The notes under the pieces: generated by a model | Database searches by the model: none | Seen by the model: only the letters and a program-made list of their open reading frames with translations | Told to the model about the DNA's origin: nothing | Virus record (IMG/VR): IMGVR_UViG_3300020171_000004 | Coordinates: 1-64,000 of that record | DNA length: 64,000 bases | Strand: one strand, 5' to 3' | DNA from: a virus | In this document: one piece after another, positions 41,288 through 50,132 of the stretch | Position numbering within the stretch: position 1 is the stretch's first letter | Layout: each line of letters begins with the position of its first letter | Position numbers and translations under genes: made by a program

Positions 41288-42739
41288 ATGCAACTCTTTC
41301 AGATAGAATCAAAAAAAATAACTGAAATCATTATCAAGGATCGTGCAAGAACTGTAGTCGGTGATATTTCTTCACTTGCAAACTCAATCAAGATGGTCGG
41401 GCAGCTCAGTCCAATTTTGATTGATGAAAACAATGTACTAATTGATGGTCTTCACAGGATTGAAGCTGTTAAAAGTCTTGAAATCGAAACCATTGAAGCA
41501 CGAGTAGTCTTTGGTATTACTCAAGATGACCATGTACTGATTGAAATGCTTTCTAATATGGATCGGAAAGAATTTGCTTGGCATGAAGAAATAGAACTCA
41601 AGTACAAGCTGCATAATTATTGGAAAGATCATGCAGAAAAAGATGGACAGACTTGGGGTTATCGAGAGACTGCGAAGCGGCTTTATTGCAGTTTGGGTGG
41701 CTTGTCAACTGACTTGGCTTTTGCTGAAGCATTGAAGATTTTCCCTGAACTGAAAGAACAAACAACTAAAGGCAGAGCAAGAGAACTTTATAAAGCATTT
41801 GGTAATCAAGCTACTGCAATTCAGCGGATGGATAGCTTCACTGATGTTGAGAAGGAACGCTTGAAAGATCTTCAATCAGGTAACTTTCAGATACCAAAGA
41901 AAACTACTGCACCAAAGCCAGCAGCAGCAAAGATTTCTTCAGATTCTTCATCAGAGGATCTTTCATCTATGACTCTTTCAGATGATGGTTTAGATGACGA
42001 TTTTGCTGATGAAGAAGAAAAAGAAGTTCTTCAGAATATCAGTGTTATTTATGTAGCTGAAAACTATAAGACTTTCCTAGACAAGATTCCTGATAATTCA
42101 GTAGGTTTAGTTGAACTTGATCCACCGTATGCTATTGGTTTTAATGAGAACTATGGCAAGACAAATGGCATCACTAGCAAGGCAACTGATTGGGATGAAA
42201 AAGAACTTTATAACTTTTACTTCAATTACCTACCACTTATCTATAACAAGATGCTTGATGGTAGTTGGGTACTTTGCTGGACTGGTAAAGAACATTATAC
42301 TGAAATTAATAAGATTGCTGAAAGTATTGGATTTCAAACTCAGCAGCCAGGTGCATGGATAAAGTCTGGTGGAAGTACCAATCAGCCAAAGAGAAGTTTG
42401 GTTAGTAACTGGGAAATGTACTTGCTGTTCAGGAAAGGAAATGCACAGTTTAATACACCAAGCCTTCCAAGTGCTATAAATATTGACTCAGGTAATTCTG
42501 CTAATCGTATTCATCAGTGGGAAAAACCAGTCAAGCTGTATGATCATTTCTTTAAAGCATTATGTAAGCCAGGGACTATTTTCTTGAGTCCTTTTGCTGG
42601 TTCAGGAAATTGTCTTATCAGTGCAGCAAAGACAAGAATGATGCCTATCGGTTGCGATAAGAGTCAAAAGTATATTCCAGAATTTTATCAGCGACTTGAA
42701 CAATACACTGGAATTTCAGCAGACATTAGTGGACTTTAA
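41288..42739 (+). CDS. ParB-like N-terminal domain fused to a beta-class N6A/N4C DNA methyltransferase
   Basis: ParB/Srx motif SPILIDENNVLIDGLHRIEA, an acidic/Ser linker, motif IV ELDPPY, and then motif I SPFAGSGN. Confidence 0.85.
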   Translation: MQLFQIESKKITEIIIKDRARTVVGDISSLANSIKMVGQLSPILIDENNVLIDGLHRIEAVKSLEIETIEARVVFGITQDDHVLIEMLSNMDRKEFAWHEEIELKYKLHNYWKDHAEKDGQTWGYRETAKRLYCSLGGLSTDLAFAEALKIFPELKEQTTKGRARELYKAFGNQATAIQRMDSFTDVEKERLKDLQSGNFQIPKKTTAPKPAAAKISSDSSSEDLSSMTLSDDGLDDDFADEEEKEVLQNISVIYVAENYKTFLDKIPDNSVGLVELDPPYAIGFNENYGKTNGITSKATDWDEKELYNFYFNYLPLIYNKMLDGSWVLCWTGKEHYTEINKIAESIGFQTQQPGAWIKSGGSTNQPKRSLVSNWEMYLLFRKGNAQFNTPSLPSAINIDSGNSANRIHQWEKPVKLYDHFFKALCKPGTIFLSPFAGSGNCLISAAKTRMMPIGCDKSQKYIPEFYQRLEQYTGISADISGL

Positions 42740-42752
42740 AAGGAGGAGTAAT

Positions 42753-42932
42753 ATGGATAACATATATTTACATAAATCATTCTTAAGAATGTATTTAAGA
42801 ATTTTTACATTTGCTATTATAATGCCTTTAAATGGATATATATTTTTAAAATATTGGTGGCTTGGTCTAGTTCTAATAATTCTACAATTACCAAGTTTTA
42901 TATCTCGAGAGTATCTTACTAGGCATATATGA
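42753..42932 (+). CDS. Membrane protein, 59 aa
   Basis: Start moved to ATG 42753 (AGGAGGAG upstream). Two hydrophobic segments are present. Confidence 0.4.
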   Translation: MDNIYLHKSFLRMYLRIFTFAIIMPLNGYIFLKYWWLGLVLIILQLPSFISREYLTRHI

Positions 42933-42965
42933 TGATTATAAGATAATTTAATATGGAGAATAAAT

Positions 42966-43235
42966 ATGTCAAAATATGAATCGGGGAAGATAATGCCTGA
43001 AGAAAGACCTCCTGATAAGGGTCAGTTCTGTTGTATGCACAAAAATGTTGTTCCGCTTGAAATAGGTTTTGCCACAAAGTCCTGGCCGAATGGTTATAAG
43101 AATGAACCAAATTATAATTTTGCTGTAGGTATTCTAACTTCAAACATAATCAGAGTAAAAAGTTATCTTTGCTTGGATTGTAAGCATGAAATTAAAGCCC
43201 CGAACCCAGGTCAAATCAAAAAGGATAGGTTATAG
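42966..43235 (+). CDS. Hypothetical protein, 89 aa
   Basis: An intact ATG ORF with a GGAGAA RBS. Confidence 0.4.
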   Translation: MSKYESGKIMPEERPPDKGQFCCMHKNVVPLEIGFATKSWPNGYKNEPNYNFAVGILTSNIIRVKSYLCLDCKHEIKAPNPGQIKKDRL

Positions 43236-43271
43236 AATGATATCAGCTACATTAAAAATGGAAATAACATA

Positions 43272-43454
43272 ATGTTTATTTTAATTAAATCAAAAGAGAA
43301 TGTATTTTATATAGTAAGAAAGGATGATATTAGAATAATTCATTCTCATCCTAATAATGAATCTGTTATTCGTTTTACAGATGAATCTAAAAATACTCCT
43401 ATAGTAATAAATGGAACACCTGAAGATTTTTTTAATACTCACTTTGTAAAATAA
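43272..43454 (+). CDS. Hypothetical protein, 60 aa
   Basis: An intact ATG ORF. Confidence 0.4.
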   Translation: MFILIKSKENVFYIVRKDDIRIIHSHPNNESVIRFTDESKNTPIVINGTPEDFFNTHFVK

Positions 43455-43473
43455 TTTTTATAGGAATATAATA

Positions 43474-45996
43474 ATGAAAATTCCAAAAGATCCTACTAGC
43501 GAACAAGATCAAAAGAATAATTCTCTTGATATTCTTGCAGTAGAATGTCCACCAACGAATAATATCAATACAGCTATTATTGCTATGGTAGGTGATGCAC
43601 CGAATGATATTGAAGTGCTTAAAGGTGAACCATTTCTTGGGCCACATGGAGCACAATTCAATCGCATTTGTGCGGCGGTCAGGTTAGCTAGGTATCAAAT
43701 ATATCTAACTACTGCTTGCAAGGCAAAACTTCCTAAGCATAATGTCAGCAAGCTATGGACTGATAAAGGCTGGAGGCATCCTAAATGGGGAGAACTTCAA
43801 CAAGCTTTAATCAATGAACTTGCAGAATTTCCAGGCAAAGTAATCATGTTGCTTGGAGATACTGCCATGAGGTTGCTGATTGATGAGCCAAGATTTGATT
43901 CTATTCAAAAATTTCGTGGTTCATTTTATCACGCCGAGGATTTTCCTCACCTTAAAGAAAAACTTGCTGGCAAGATCATAGGTTTTTCTTTCCATCCATC
44001 ATTTACGACCTTCACTGGCAAGCCTGTACACTTTTATACAATGATTGCAGACTTTACAAAAGCTCTGAAACTCATTGATAGCCCAGAACTGCTAACTGAT
44101 AATACTGAAATCATTACCTCACCTGGATTTGAAAAAGTTATGCAGTTTTATGCTCTTGTTCAAAATAAGGAATTTGTTGGCTTTGATATTGAAGCTACTC
44201 CAAAATTTATCACATGCTTTTCATTTTCTGTTTATGATGAAGGTAAAATCAAGGCAATGTCTATTCCTTTAATGGATAATCGTGGAAGCTACTGGTCACC
44301 TGAAGAAGAAGTAAAAATCTGGATAGGAATGGCAAAAATATTAGCTGATGAAAATCTTAAGAAGATTTTGACTAATGGTATGTTTGATATTATGTTTACT
44401 TTGAGAACAATGAATATTAAAACAGAAAACTTCTTCTTTGATACAATGCTTGCCCAACATATATGTTATACTGATTTACCTAAGGGTTTAGATTATTTAA
44501 CATCTTGTTATACTTACTTTCCATATTATAAAGATGAGGGAAAACAATCACATCTAAAAGTAATCAAAGACTGGCCACAATATTGGAACTATAATGCAAA
44601 AGATTCTGCATATTTGCTTCCTATTTCTGAGGCTCTTATTAAGGAACTTGAAGAATTCAATGCTTCTGATGCTTTAGAATATACAATGAACTTGCATAAG
44701 CCTCTGATGGAAATGGAGTTTAATGGCTTCCTTACTGATACTGAAGGAATTAAAAAGACTAAAGCAGAGTATGAGGAAAAGATTCTTACACTTCAAGCAC
44801 AGCTTAATGAAATTGCTGGACAGGAATTAAATACCAATTCATCAAAACAAATGATTGCATACTTTTATGGCATTTGTATGATTAAACCATACATAGACAG
44901 AACTTCAGGTAATGCTACTTGCGGATCAGTTGCTTTACATAGAATTGCAAAGAATGGTGGTAAAGGTTCTACTGAAGCAAAGATTATTATTAAGATCAGA
45001 AAGTATGGAAAGCTGGTTTCTACCTATTTTAATATTGATGTAGATGAAGATAAGAGACTTCGATGTAATCATAAGATTTCTGGAACTACTTCAGGCAGGA
45101 TTGCTACAGAAAAGACTTACTTTGGTACAGGGTCAAACTTGCAAAATCAGCCTTATGTTTTTAAATATTTTTTGATTGCTGATCCTGATCACATTATATG
45201 TGAAGTTGACTTAGCAAAGGCTGAAGCTCATGTTGTTGCGTATTTAGCACAAGATGCAAACATGATAGAATCCTTTGTTAGTGGAATTGATGTTCATAGT
45301 TTTAATGCCAGTAAGATTTTTCATGTACCTATTGAAGAAGTCATTGCTGAGCATCATGCAAATAAAGAAGATCAAAAATCAACCATGCGATATATGGGCA
45401 AGAAAGTAGTTCATGCCAGCAACTATAACATGGGTCCACAAACATTCTCAGATCAGCTTGCTGTTGAAGAAATCTTTATGTCTCAAAGTGAATGTAAGAA
45501 ACTTTTGACTAACTATACTGACAGATTTCCTGGACTAAAGCGTTGGCACCGTTCCATTGAAGAAGAAGTTCAAGCAACTAGAACTTTGTATAATCTTTTC
45601 GGTAGGCCAAAGAAGTTTCTTGGTGAAATGAATCCTGCACTGTTTAGAAATGCTTACAGTTATAAGCCTCAATCTACTGTAGCAGAACTACTTAATCGTG
45701 GAACAATTAAGATTGCTAATGATCCTAGACTTGGTAAGGATGGTTTTGATATTCGTTTACTTACTACTGTTCATGATTCTGATGTTTTTATGTTTCACAA
45801 AAGTCAGATACCGAATTTGCTGCAGATTCTTTTAATCATCAAAGAGCATATGACACATACTTTTACTTACAAAGGTAAGAGTTTTACAATAGGTTTGGAC
45901 GCCAAGATTGGCACTCAGTGGGCCGGTAATACAGCAGGAATAGATCATTTCACTCAAGAAGAAATCGATAAAGCAGTTAAAAAAATAGGATTTTAA
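43474..45996 (+). CDS. polA: Family A DNA polymerase with an N-terminal UDG-superfamily domain and a 3'-5' exonuclease
   Basis: UDG-like motifs: VGDAPN, PFLGPHG, YLTTACKAKLP, LLGDTA and FHPS. Exo I motif: VGFDIEAT. Polymerase motif A DLAKAEAHV, motif B RYMGKKVVHASNYNMG, and motif C TVHDS. Confidence 0.9.
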   Translation: MKIPKDPTSEQDQKNNSLDILAVECPPTNNINTAIIAMVGDAPNDIEVLKGEPFLGPHGAQFNRICAAVRLARYQIYLTTACKAKLPKHNVSKLWTDKGWRHPKWGELQQALINELAEFPGKVIMLLGDTAMRLLIDEPRFDSIQKFRGSFYHAEDFPHLKEKLAGKIIGFSFHPSFTTFTGKPVHFYTMIADFTKALKLIDSPELLTDNTEIITSPGFEKVMQFYALVQNKEFVGFDIEATPKFITCFSFSVYDEGKIKAMSIPLMDNRGSYWSPEEEVKIWIGMAKILADENLKKILTNGMFDIMFTLRTMNIKTENFFFDTMLAQHICYTDLPKGLDYLTSCYTYFPYYKDEGKQSHLKVIKDWPQYWNYNAKDSAYLLPISEALIKELEEFNASDALEYTMNLHKPLMEMEFNGFLTDTEGIKKTKAEYEEKILTLQAQLNEIAGQELNTNSSKQMIAYFYGICMIKPYIDRTSGNATCGSVALHRIAKNGGKGSTEAKIIIKIRKYGKLVSTYFNIDVDEDKRLRCNHKISGTTSGRIATEKTYFGTGSNLQNQPYVFKYFLIADPDHIICEVDLAKAEAHVVAYLAQDANMIESFVSGIDVHSFNASKIFHVPIEEVIAEHHANKEDQKSTMRYMGKKVVHASNYNMGPQTFSDQLAVEEIFMSQSECKKLLTNYTDRFPGLKRWHRSIEEEVQATRTLYNLFGRPKKFLGEMNPALFRNAYSYKPQSTVAELLNRGTIKIANDPRLGKDGFDIRLLTTVHDSDVFMFHKSQIPNLLQILLIIKEHMTHTFTYKGKSFTIGLDAKIGTQWAGNTAGIDHFTQEEIDKAVKKIGF

Positions 45997-45998
45997 TT

Positions 45999-46298
45999 AT
46001 GGAAATTATATATCAACCTAGACAATCAGGTAAAACTCTTAGTCTTATTAAACAAGCAGATAATTTTAATGGTTATATCCTTACAATGAATGCAAGATCT
46101 TGTGAGCATATAATGAATTTAGCTGAAAAACATGGATATAAAATAAATTTTCCATTAACATGGGATGAATTTTTATTAGGAAGATTTTATCCTAATGGAG
46201 TTAAAAAGATTTATATTGATAATGCTGATTTAATATTACAAAGGCTTGCTAATGAAAGATATGTAGCACTTGAAGCAATTACAATCACAAAAGAATAG
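45999..46298 (+). CDS. Mini P-loop protein, 99 aa
   Basis: Walker A-like PRQSGKTL and Walker B-like KIYIDNAD. Confidence 0.45.
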   Translation: MEIIYQPRQSGKTLSLIKQADNFNGYILTMNARSCEHIMNLAEKHGYKINFPLTWDEFLLGRFYPNGVKKIYIDNADLILQRLANERYVALEAITITKE

Positions 46299-46307
46299 GA
46301 TTTTAAT

Positions 46308-46448
46308 ATGAATAAATCTATTTGGTTTGAATTAAATGGTAAATGGATTCATGGAGAAAAACCTATCATGGTACGATCAGAAAAAGATAGACGTACAAAA
46401 GAACGTAGAAAAACATCCGAGAGAAGACAATTAGAGAGAAGAATATAA
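46308..46448 (+). CDS. Small basic protein, 46 aa (below the track cutoff)
   Basis: Hand-translated as MNKSIWFELNGKWIHGEKPIMVRSEKDRRTKERRKTSERRQLERRI. Confidence 0.3.
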   Translation: MNKSIWFELNGKWIHGEKPIMVRSEKDRRTKERRKTSERRQLERRI

Positions 46449-46464
46449 AATAAAGGATGAAAAA

Positions 46465-46786
46465 ATGAACTGGTTAAAACAAAAAATATTTAAGTTTTTA
46501 TCTTTACCATCAATTAACAAGACAAGCAAATGAATTAAATGAACTCAGGGAAATTATAAAAGAGCGAACTGAATATCATTTAGATGTTCATTCTTATGCC
46601 AAAAAGAATTCTCAGGTAATTCTAATTGGTAAATATTATAAACGCGATTTTGTTAAATGCTATAATATTCCTGATCAGGAATTAGATTTTTTAATTGATC
46701 ATTGTATAGAACTTGAAAAGTATTCAACTATGGGTAAGGTTGATGCTATGCCAGAAATTAATGCAGTCATTAAATCTTTTATTTAA
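46465..46786 (+). pseudogene. ORF split at an A-run: a 22-codon start fragment plus a 103-codon start-less frame (+1 shift or indel)
   Basis: ATG 46465 (AAGGA RBS) terminates at 46531-33. The +1 frame is open from 46478 to 46783 with no ATG, GTG or TTG until 46730. An A6 run lies at 46481-86. Confidence 0.4.
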
Positions 46787-46798
46787 GGCTAATCAAAT

Positions 46799-48061
46799 AT
46801 GTCACGACAATTATCGGATTGGCTTGAGTATTACATGAAGTACACTCAAAGGTCAGAGCCACCTGAATTGTATCATTTATGGTCAGGACTTACAGCACTT
46901 AGTTCAGCATTACGACGTAAATGTTATTGTAATTGGGGAGCTCTTCGTGGATATGTTTATCCTAATTTATTTGTTTCATTAGTCGGTCCACCTGGAGGAC
47001 GGAAAGGCACAGCAATGAAAATTGCAAAATCAATTGTACAAACACTGAATGTGCCTATGGGAGCAGATTCACTTGGTTCAACACAAGCACTTTATAAAGA
47101 GATCATGGATTCTGAGGATAGTTATGTTGATCCTCAAGGTTTAACTAAAAAGCATAAGAGTGTTTCAATCTGGTCAGAAGAATTTCAAGTATTTCTTTCT
47201 GATAGAGATCAAATGCTGATAAGCTCATTAACTGATCTATTTGATTGTTCTGATAGTTGGAAGTATAAAACTCTAGCAAGAAAGAATGAAGATTTATCTA
47301 ACTGCTGGTTGACAATCATCGGCGCTATAACTCCGAGTTTGCTTCAAGCAAAGCTAAGCCAAGATGCTGTAGGCGGTGGGTTAATATCTAGAATTATCTT
47401 TGTAGTTGGCAATGGCCCGAAGCAGCGAACAGCTTTACAGTTTTTAACTGAAGAAGAAGAAGAGATTATTCATAATCTTGAAAATGATTTACAGGAAATA
47501 GCGAATTTATCTGGGCCATTTGTTCTATCTCAGGAATTTCTTACTGCATATGTTCGTTGGTATGAACAAGAATATGATGATTCAGGTGTTATATCAGATA
47601 AGTTCTTAGGATATAATCACAGGCGACCGTTACATCTTAACAAGATTTGTATGCTAGTTTCGGTAGCTGAATCAAATGATATGATTATAACTGATAAACA
47701 CTTTGAAAAAGCATTAGCGATTCTTCAGGTAACTGAACAGGAAATGCCAAATGCTTTTTATGGTCTGGGCTTATCAAGTCAATCAAATATATATGCAAAG
47801 TTTCTCAGTTTTATTGATTCACATGAATATTTTGATTGGTCTGAACTTATGAGGAATTTTCATCTTGATGTAGATAACATTCCACAACTTCGTGGATATG
47901 TTGAAATGGCTGAGCAATCAGGATTGATCAAGTCTGAAAGTTCTGCAACATCATCGCGATATACTACGATTAAAACTCAAATAGAAATTGATAAATCGGG
48001 ATATTTGGATGATACAGTTTTCAGGTTGATGGATCGAAACTTACTAAAACAAAAACAATAA
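46799..48061 (+). CDS. P-loop NTPase, replicative helicase candidate (DUF3987/D5-like)
   Basis: Walker A VGPPGGRKGT. It is encoded near the primase-polymerase. The family assignment is tentative. Confidence 0.55.
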   Translation: MSRQLSDWLEYYMKYTQRSEPPELYHLWSGLTALSSALRRKCYCNWGALRGYVYPNLFVSLVGPPGGRKGTAMKIAKSIVQTLNVPMGADSLGSTQALYKEIMDSEDSYVDPQGLTKKHKSVSIWSEEFQVFLSDRDQMLISSLTDLFDCSDSWKYKTLARKNEDLSNCWLTIIGAITPSLLQAKLSQDAVGGGLISRIIFVVGNGPKQRTALQFLTEEEEEIIHNLENDLQEIANLSGPFVLSQEFLTAYVRWYEQEYDDSGVISDKFLGYNHRRPLHLNKICMLVSVAESNDMIITDKHFEKALAILQVTEQEMPNAFYGLGLSSQSNIYAKFLSFIDSHEYFDWSELMRNFHLDVDNIPQLRGYVEMAEQSGLIKSESSATSSRYTTIKTQIEIDKSGYLDDTVFRLMDRNLLKQKQ

Positions 48062-48083
48062 AGAATAAAAAGGAACTGATTAC

Positions 48084-48269
48084 ATGGCTGATGCAAGAGT
48101 TAAAAAATCTATAACTGTACAACTTACTTTAAATAGGAAAGAAATTGAATATATTCGTGACTTAATGCAAAATTATCTTAGTGATGATCCAGATTCTGAA
48201 AATCCTGAGCATACTGAAATACGTGAGAATATATTTAAATTACTTGATGATATATTATCATATAATTAA
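48084..48269 (+). CDS. Hypothetical protein, 61 aa
   Basis: An intact ATG ORF with an AAAGGA RBS. Confidence 0.4.
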   Translation: MADARVKKSITVQLTLNRKEIEYIRDLMQNYLSDDPDSENPEHTEIRENIFKLLDDILSYN

Positions 48270-48298
48270 TTAAAAATAATTAAAAAGGAACTACTTAC

Positions 48299-48934
48299 AT
48301 GACACTCAAAACTATTCAACTCAATGATGATACTAAGATTCTTTTCTTTGATACTGAAACTTCAGGATTCATCAAGAAGGAACTTTCAGCAGATCATCCA
48401 GATCAAGCATGGACTGTGCAAATCGGCGCAATCTTAGCAAACAAAGATGAAGATATTGCTAAGATGAATGTAATCATCAAATCAAATGGAAGATCAATGA
48501 ATCCATTTGCACAAGAAGTTCATGGGATTTCAACTGAGAAAGCTGATGCAGAAGGTATTGAAGAACATGAAGCAGCAGAGAAATTTGGATTATTGCTTCG
48601 TCAAGCTGACCTGATGGTTTGTCATAACTTGGCTTTTGATATTAAGTATGCCAGGCACTTGATGGAAAGAAATGTTGATGCTTTGTCTGATGAAGCTCGG
48701 TCAGCTTTCTATCTTGATATGCCAGGTTACTGTACTATGCAAGATAAAGCAGTTGTTAAGTTTTGTGGACTGAAAAATAAAGCAGGTCGTGCAAAATGGC
48801 CAAAGCTTATTGAGCTGCATAACATTTTATTTGAAGAAGGCTTTGATGGCGCACATGATGCATTCGCTGATATCTCGGCTACGAAACGATGCTTCTTTGC
48901 CTTACTTGATTTGGGAATTATCACCTTAGATTGA
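48299..48934 (+). CDS. DnaQ-like DEDDh 3'-5' exonuclease
   Basis: Exo I FFDTETSG, Exo II VCHNLAFDIKY, and Exo III GAHDAFADI. Confidence 0.8.
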   Translation: MTLKTIQLNDDTKILFFDTETSGFIKKELSADHPDQAWTVQIGAILANKDEDIAKMNVIIKSNGRSMNPFAQEVHGISTEKADAEGIEEHEAAEKFGLLLRQADLMVCHNLAFDIKYARHLMERNVDALSDEARSAFYLDMPGYCTMQDKAVVKFCGLKNKAGRAKWPKLIELHNILFEEGFDGAHDAFADISATKRCFFALLDLGIITLD

Positions 48935-48947
48935 GGAATAAAAAATT

Positions 48948-49277
48948 ATGACTGATTATGAAAAGTATCGAGGAAAATGCTATGAATATTCAGCTGCTTT
49001 AGTAATGGATTATCCAGATCTTAAATTAGTTCGTGGACATTATTATGATGCACAATGGGGAGAACAAGCACATTGGTGGACTGAAACAAAATCAGGAGTA
49101 ATAGTTGATCCAACAGTAAATCAATTTCCTTCAAAAGGTCATGGTGTTTATATTCCTTTTGATGGTATTTGTACTTGTGAAGTTTGTGGAAAAGAAAAAC
49201 CTGAAGAAGAGATGTATTTTATGTCTCGTTATCCAGTTTGTTCAGATTATTGTGCAAGAACATTAGTTGGAGTTTAA
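48948..49277 (+). CDS. Hypothetical protein, 109 aa, with a C-terminal Cys cluster
   Basis: CTCEVCGKE...CSDYC pattern. Confidence 0.45.
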   Translation: MTDYEKYRGKCYEYSAALVMDYPDLKLVRGHYYDAQWGEQAHWWTETKSGVIVDPTVNQFPSKGHGVYIPFDGICTCEVCGKEKPEEEMYFMSRYPVCSDYCARTLVGV

Positions 49278-49291
49278 CTAAACGCTTTTAA

Positions 49292-49314
49292 ATGCCCGTC
49301 ACGGCATGATTTTT
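49292..49314 (+). terminator. Rho-independent terminator candidate
   Basis: atgcc-cgtcac-ggcat followed by gaTTTTT. Confidence 0.5.
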
Positions 49315-49398
49315 CCTGGCATAGTGACGTACTGGAAAATTTTTTTCATGTTGTGGTGGGCATCCTACCGACAAACATCCCACAAAAAGAGGCTTATC

Positions 49399-49599
49399 AT
49401 GTCCGACTTATTAATGGCAGTACAAGATGAAGTCAAGAGAATAAGAGAGATGATAACAGAAGTTAAAACTCTCATGCTTCAAAGTAATGTAAATTTTTAT
49501 TTTTATGAATTAGTTCTTACTGAAGCAGATAAGGCAATCAGAGAACATGATACAGTTGCTTTGTTAAGATTATTACCTGAATTAAAGGCAATGGAATAA
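49399..49599 (+). CDS. Hypothetical protein, 66 aa
   Basis: Start moved to ATG 49399 (AGAGG upstream). The track extension lies over the terminator. Confidence 0.45.
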   Translation: MSDLLMAVQDEVKRIREMITEVKTLMLQSNVNFYFYELVLTEADKAIREHDTVALLRLLPELKAME

Positions 49600-49635
49600 T
49601 AAATTTTAAATAGCTAATTTAGGAGAACAAAGAAA

Positions 49636-49875
49636 ATGAGAGTATCAACAAAGCAATTAAAAGAACTTCAAGAAATTCAATTGGATAAAACTACAGCAGA
49701 TAATACTTTGAAAATAGCTCTGGCATATCATAGTAATTGTCATAATCAAGTTATAAAAAGAGAAGAGTTATTGTGGGAAGAAATAAGAGAAATTCATGAA
49801 CTAGATTTAGAAACTAAAATATCGGTATCTCTTGATGGGAATCTGATTATTGGCAAAAATAAAAATACAGATTGA
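49636..49875 (+). CDS. Hypothetical protein, 79 aa
   Basis: AGGAGAA RBS. Confidence 0.45.
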   Translation: MRVSTKQLKELQEIQLDKTTADNTLKIALAYHSNCHNQVIKREELLWEEIREIHELDLETKISVSLDGNLIIGKNKNTD

Positions 49876-49904
49876 TTTTTACTGGAGCTAAAAAGGACTC
49901 TTAC

Positions 49905-50114
49905 ATGGATAAAAAAACATTGTTACATTATTTAAGAAGTTCATATAATATAAATGTAAATGATATGCGTAAAGCAAGATTACAAGCCACTGATGAACTT
50001 GAAAGACTTTATGCATTAGAAGAGCGAGTTAAGAAACTTGCAGATAAAATTGAAGAGCATGAAACAAGTTTAAATATGGATAACTTTTTGTTCATTTCTG
50101 AACGGCAAAACTAA
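49905..50114 (+). CDS. Hypothetical protein, 69 aa
   Basis: Start moved to ATG 49905. Confidence 0.45.
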   Translation: MDKKTLLHYLRSSYNINVNDMRKARLQATDELERLYALEERVKKLADKIEEHETSLNMDNFLFISERQN

Positions 50115-50132
50115 AACCTAAGCAAGAATTTT

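Noticed and set aside
48062-48298. Near-identical 5' contexts of two genes (aaaaaggaactgattacATG at 48084 and aaaaaggaactacttacATG at 48299) as a repeat element.
   Set aside because: The match is about 20 nt and covers just the RBS and spacer. It is most simply a duplicated strong translation-initiation region, not a separate element.
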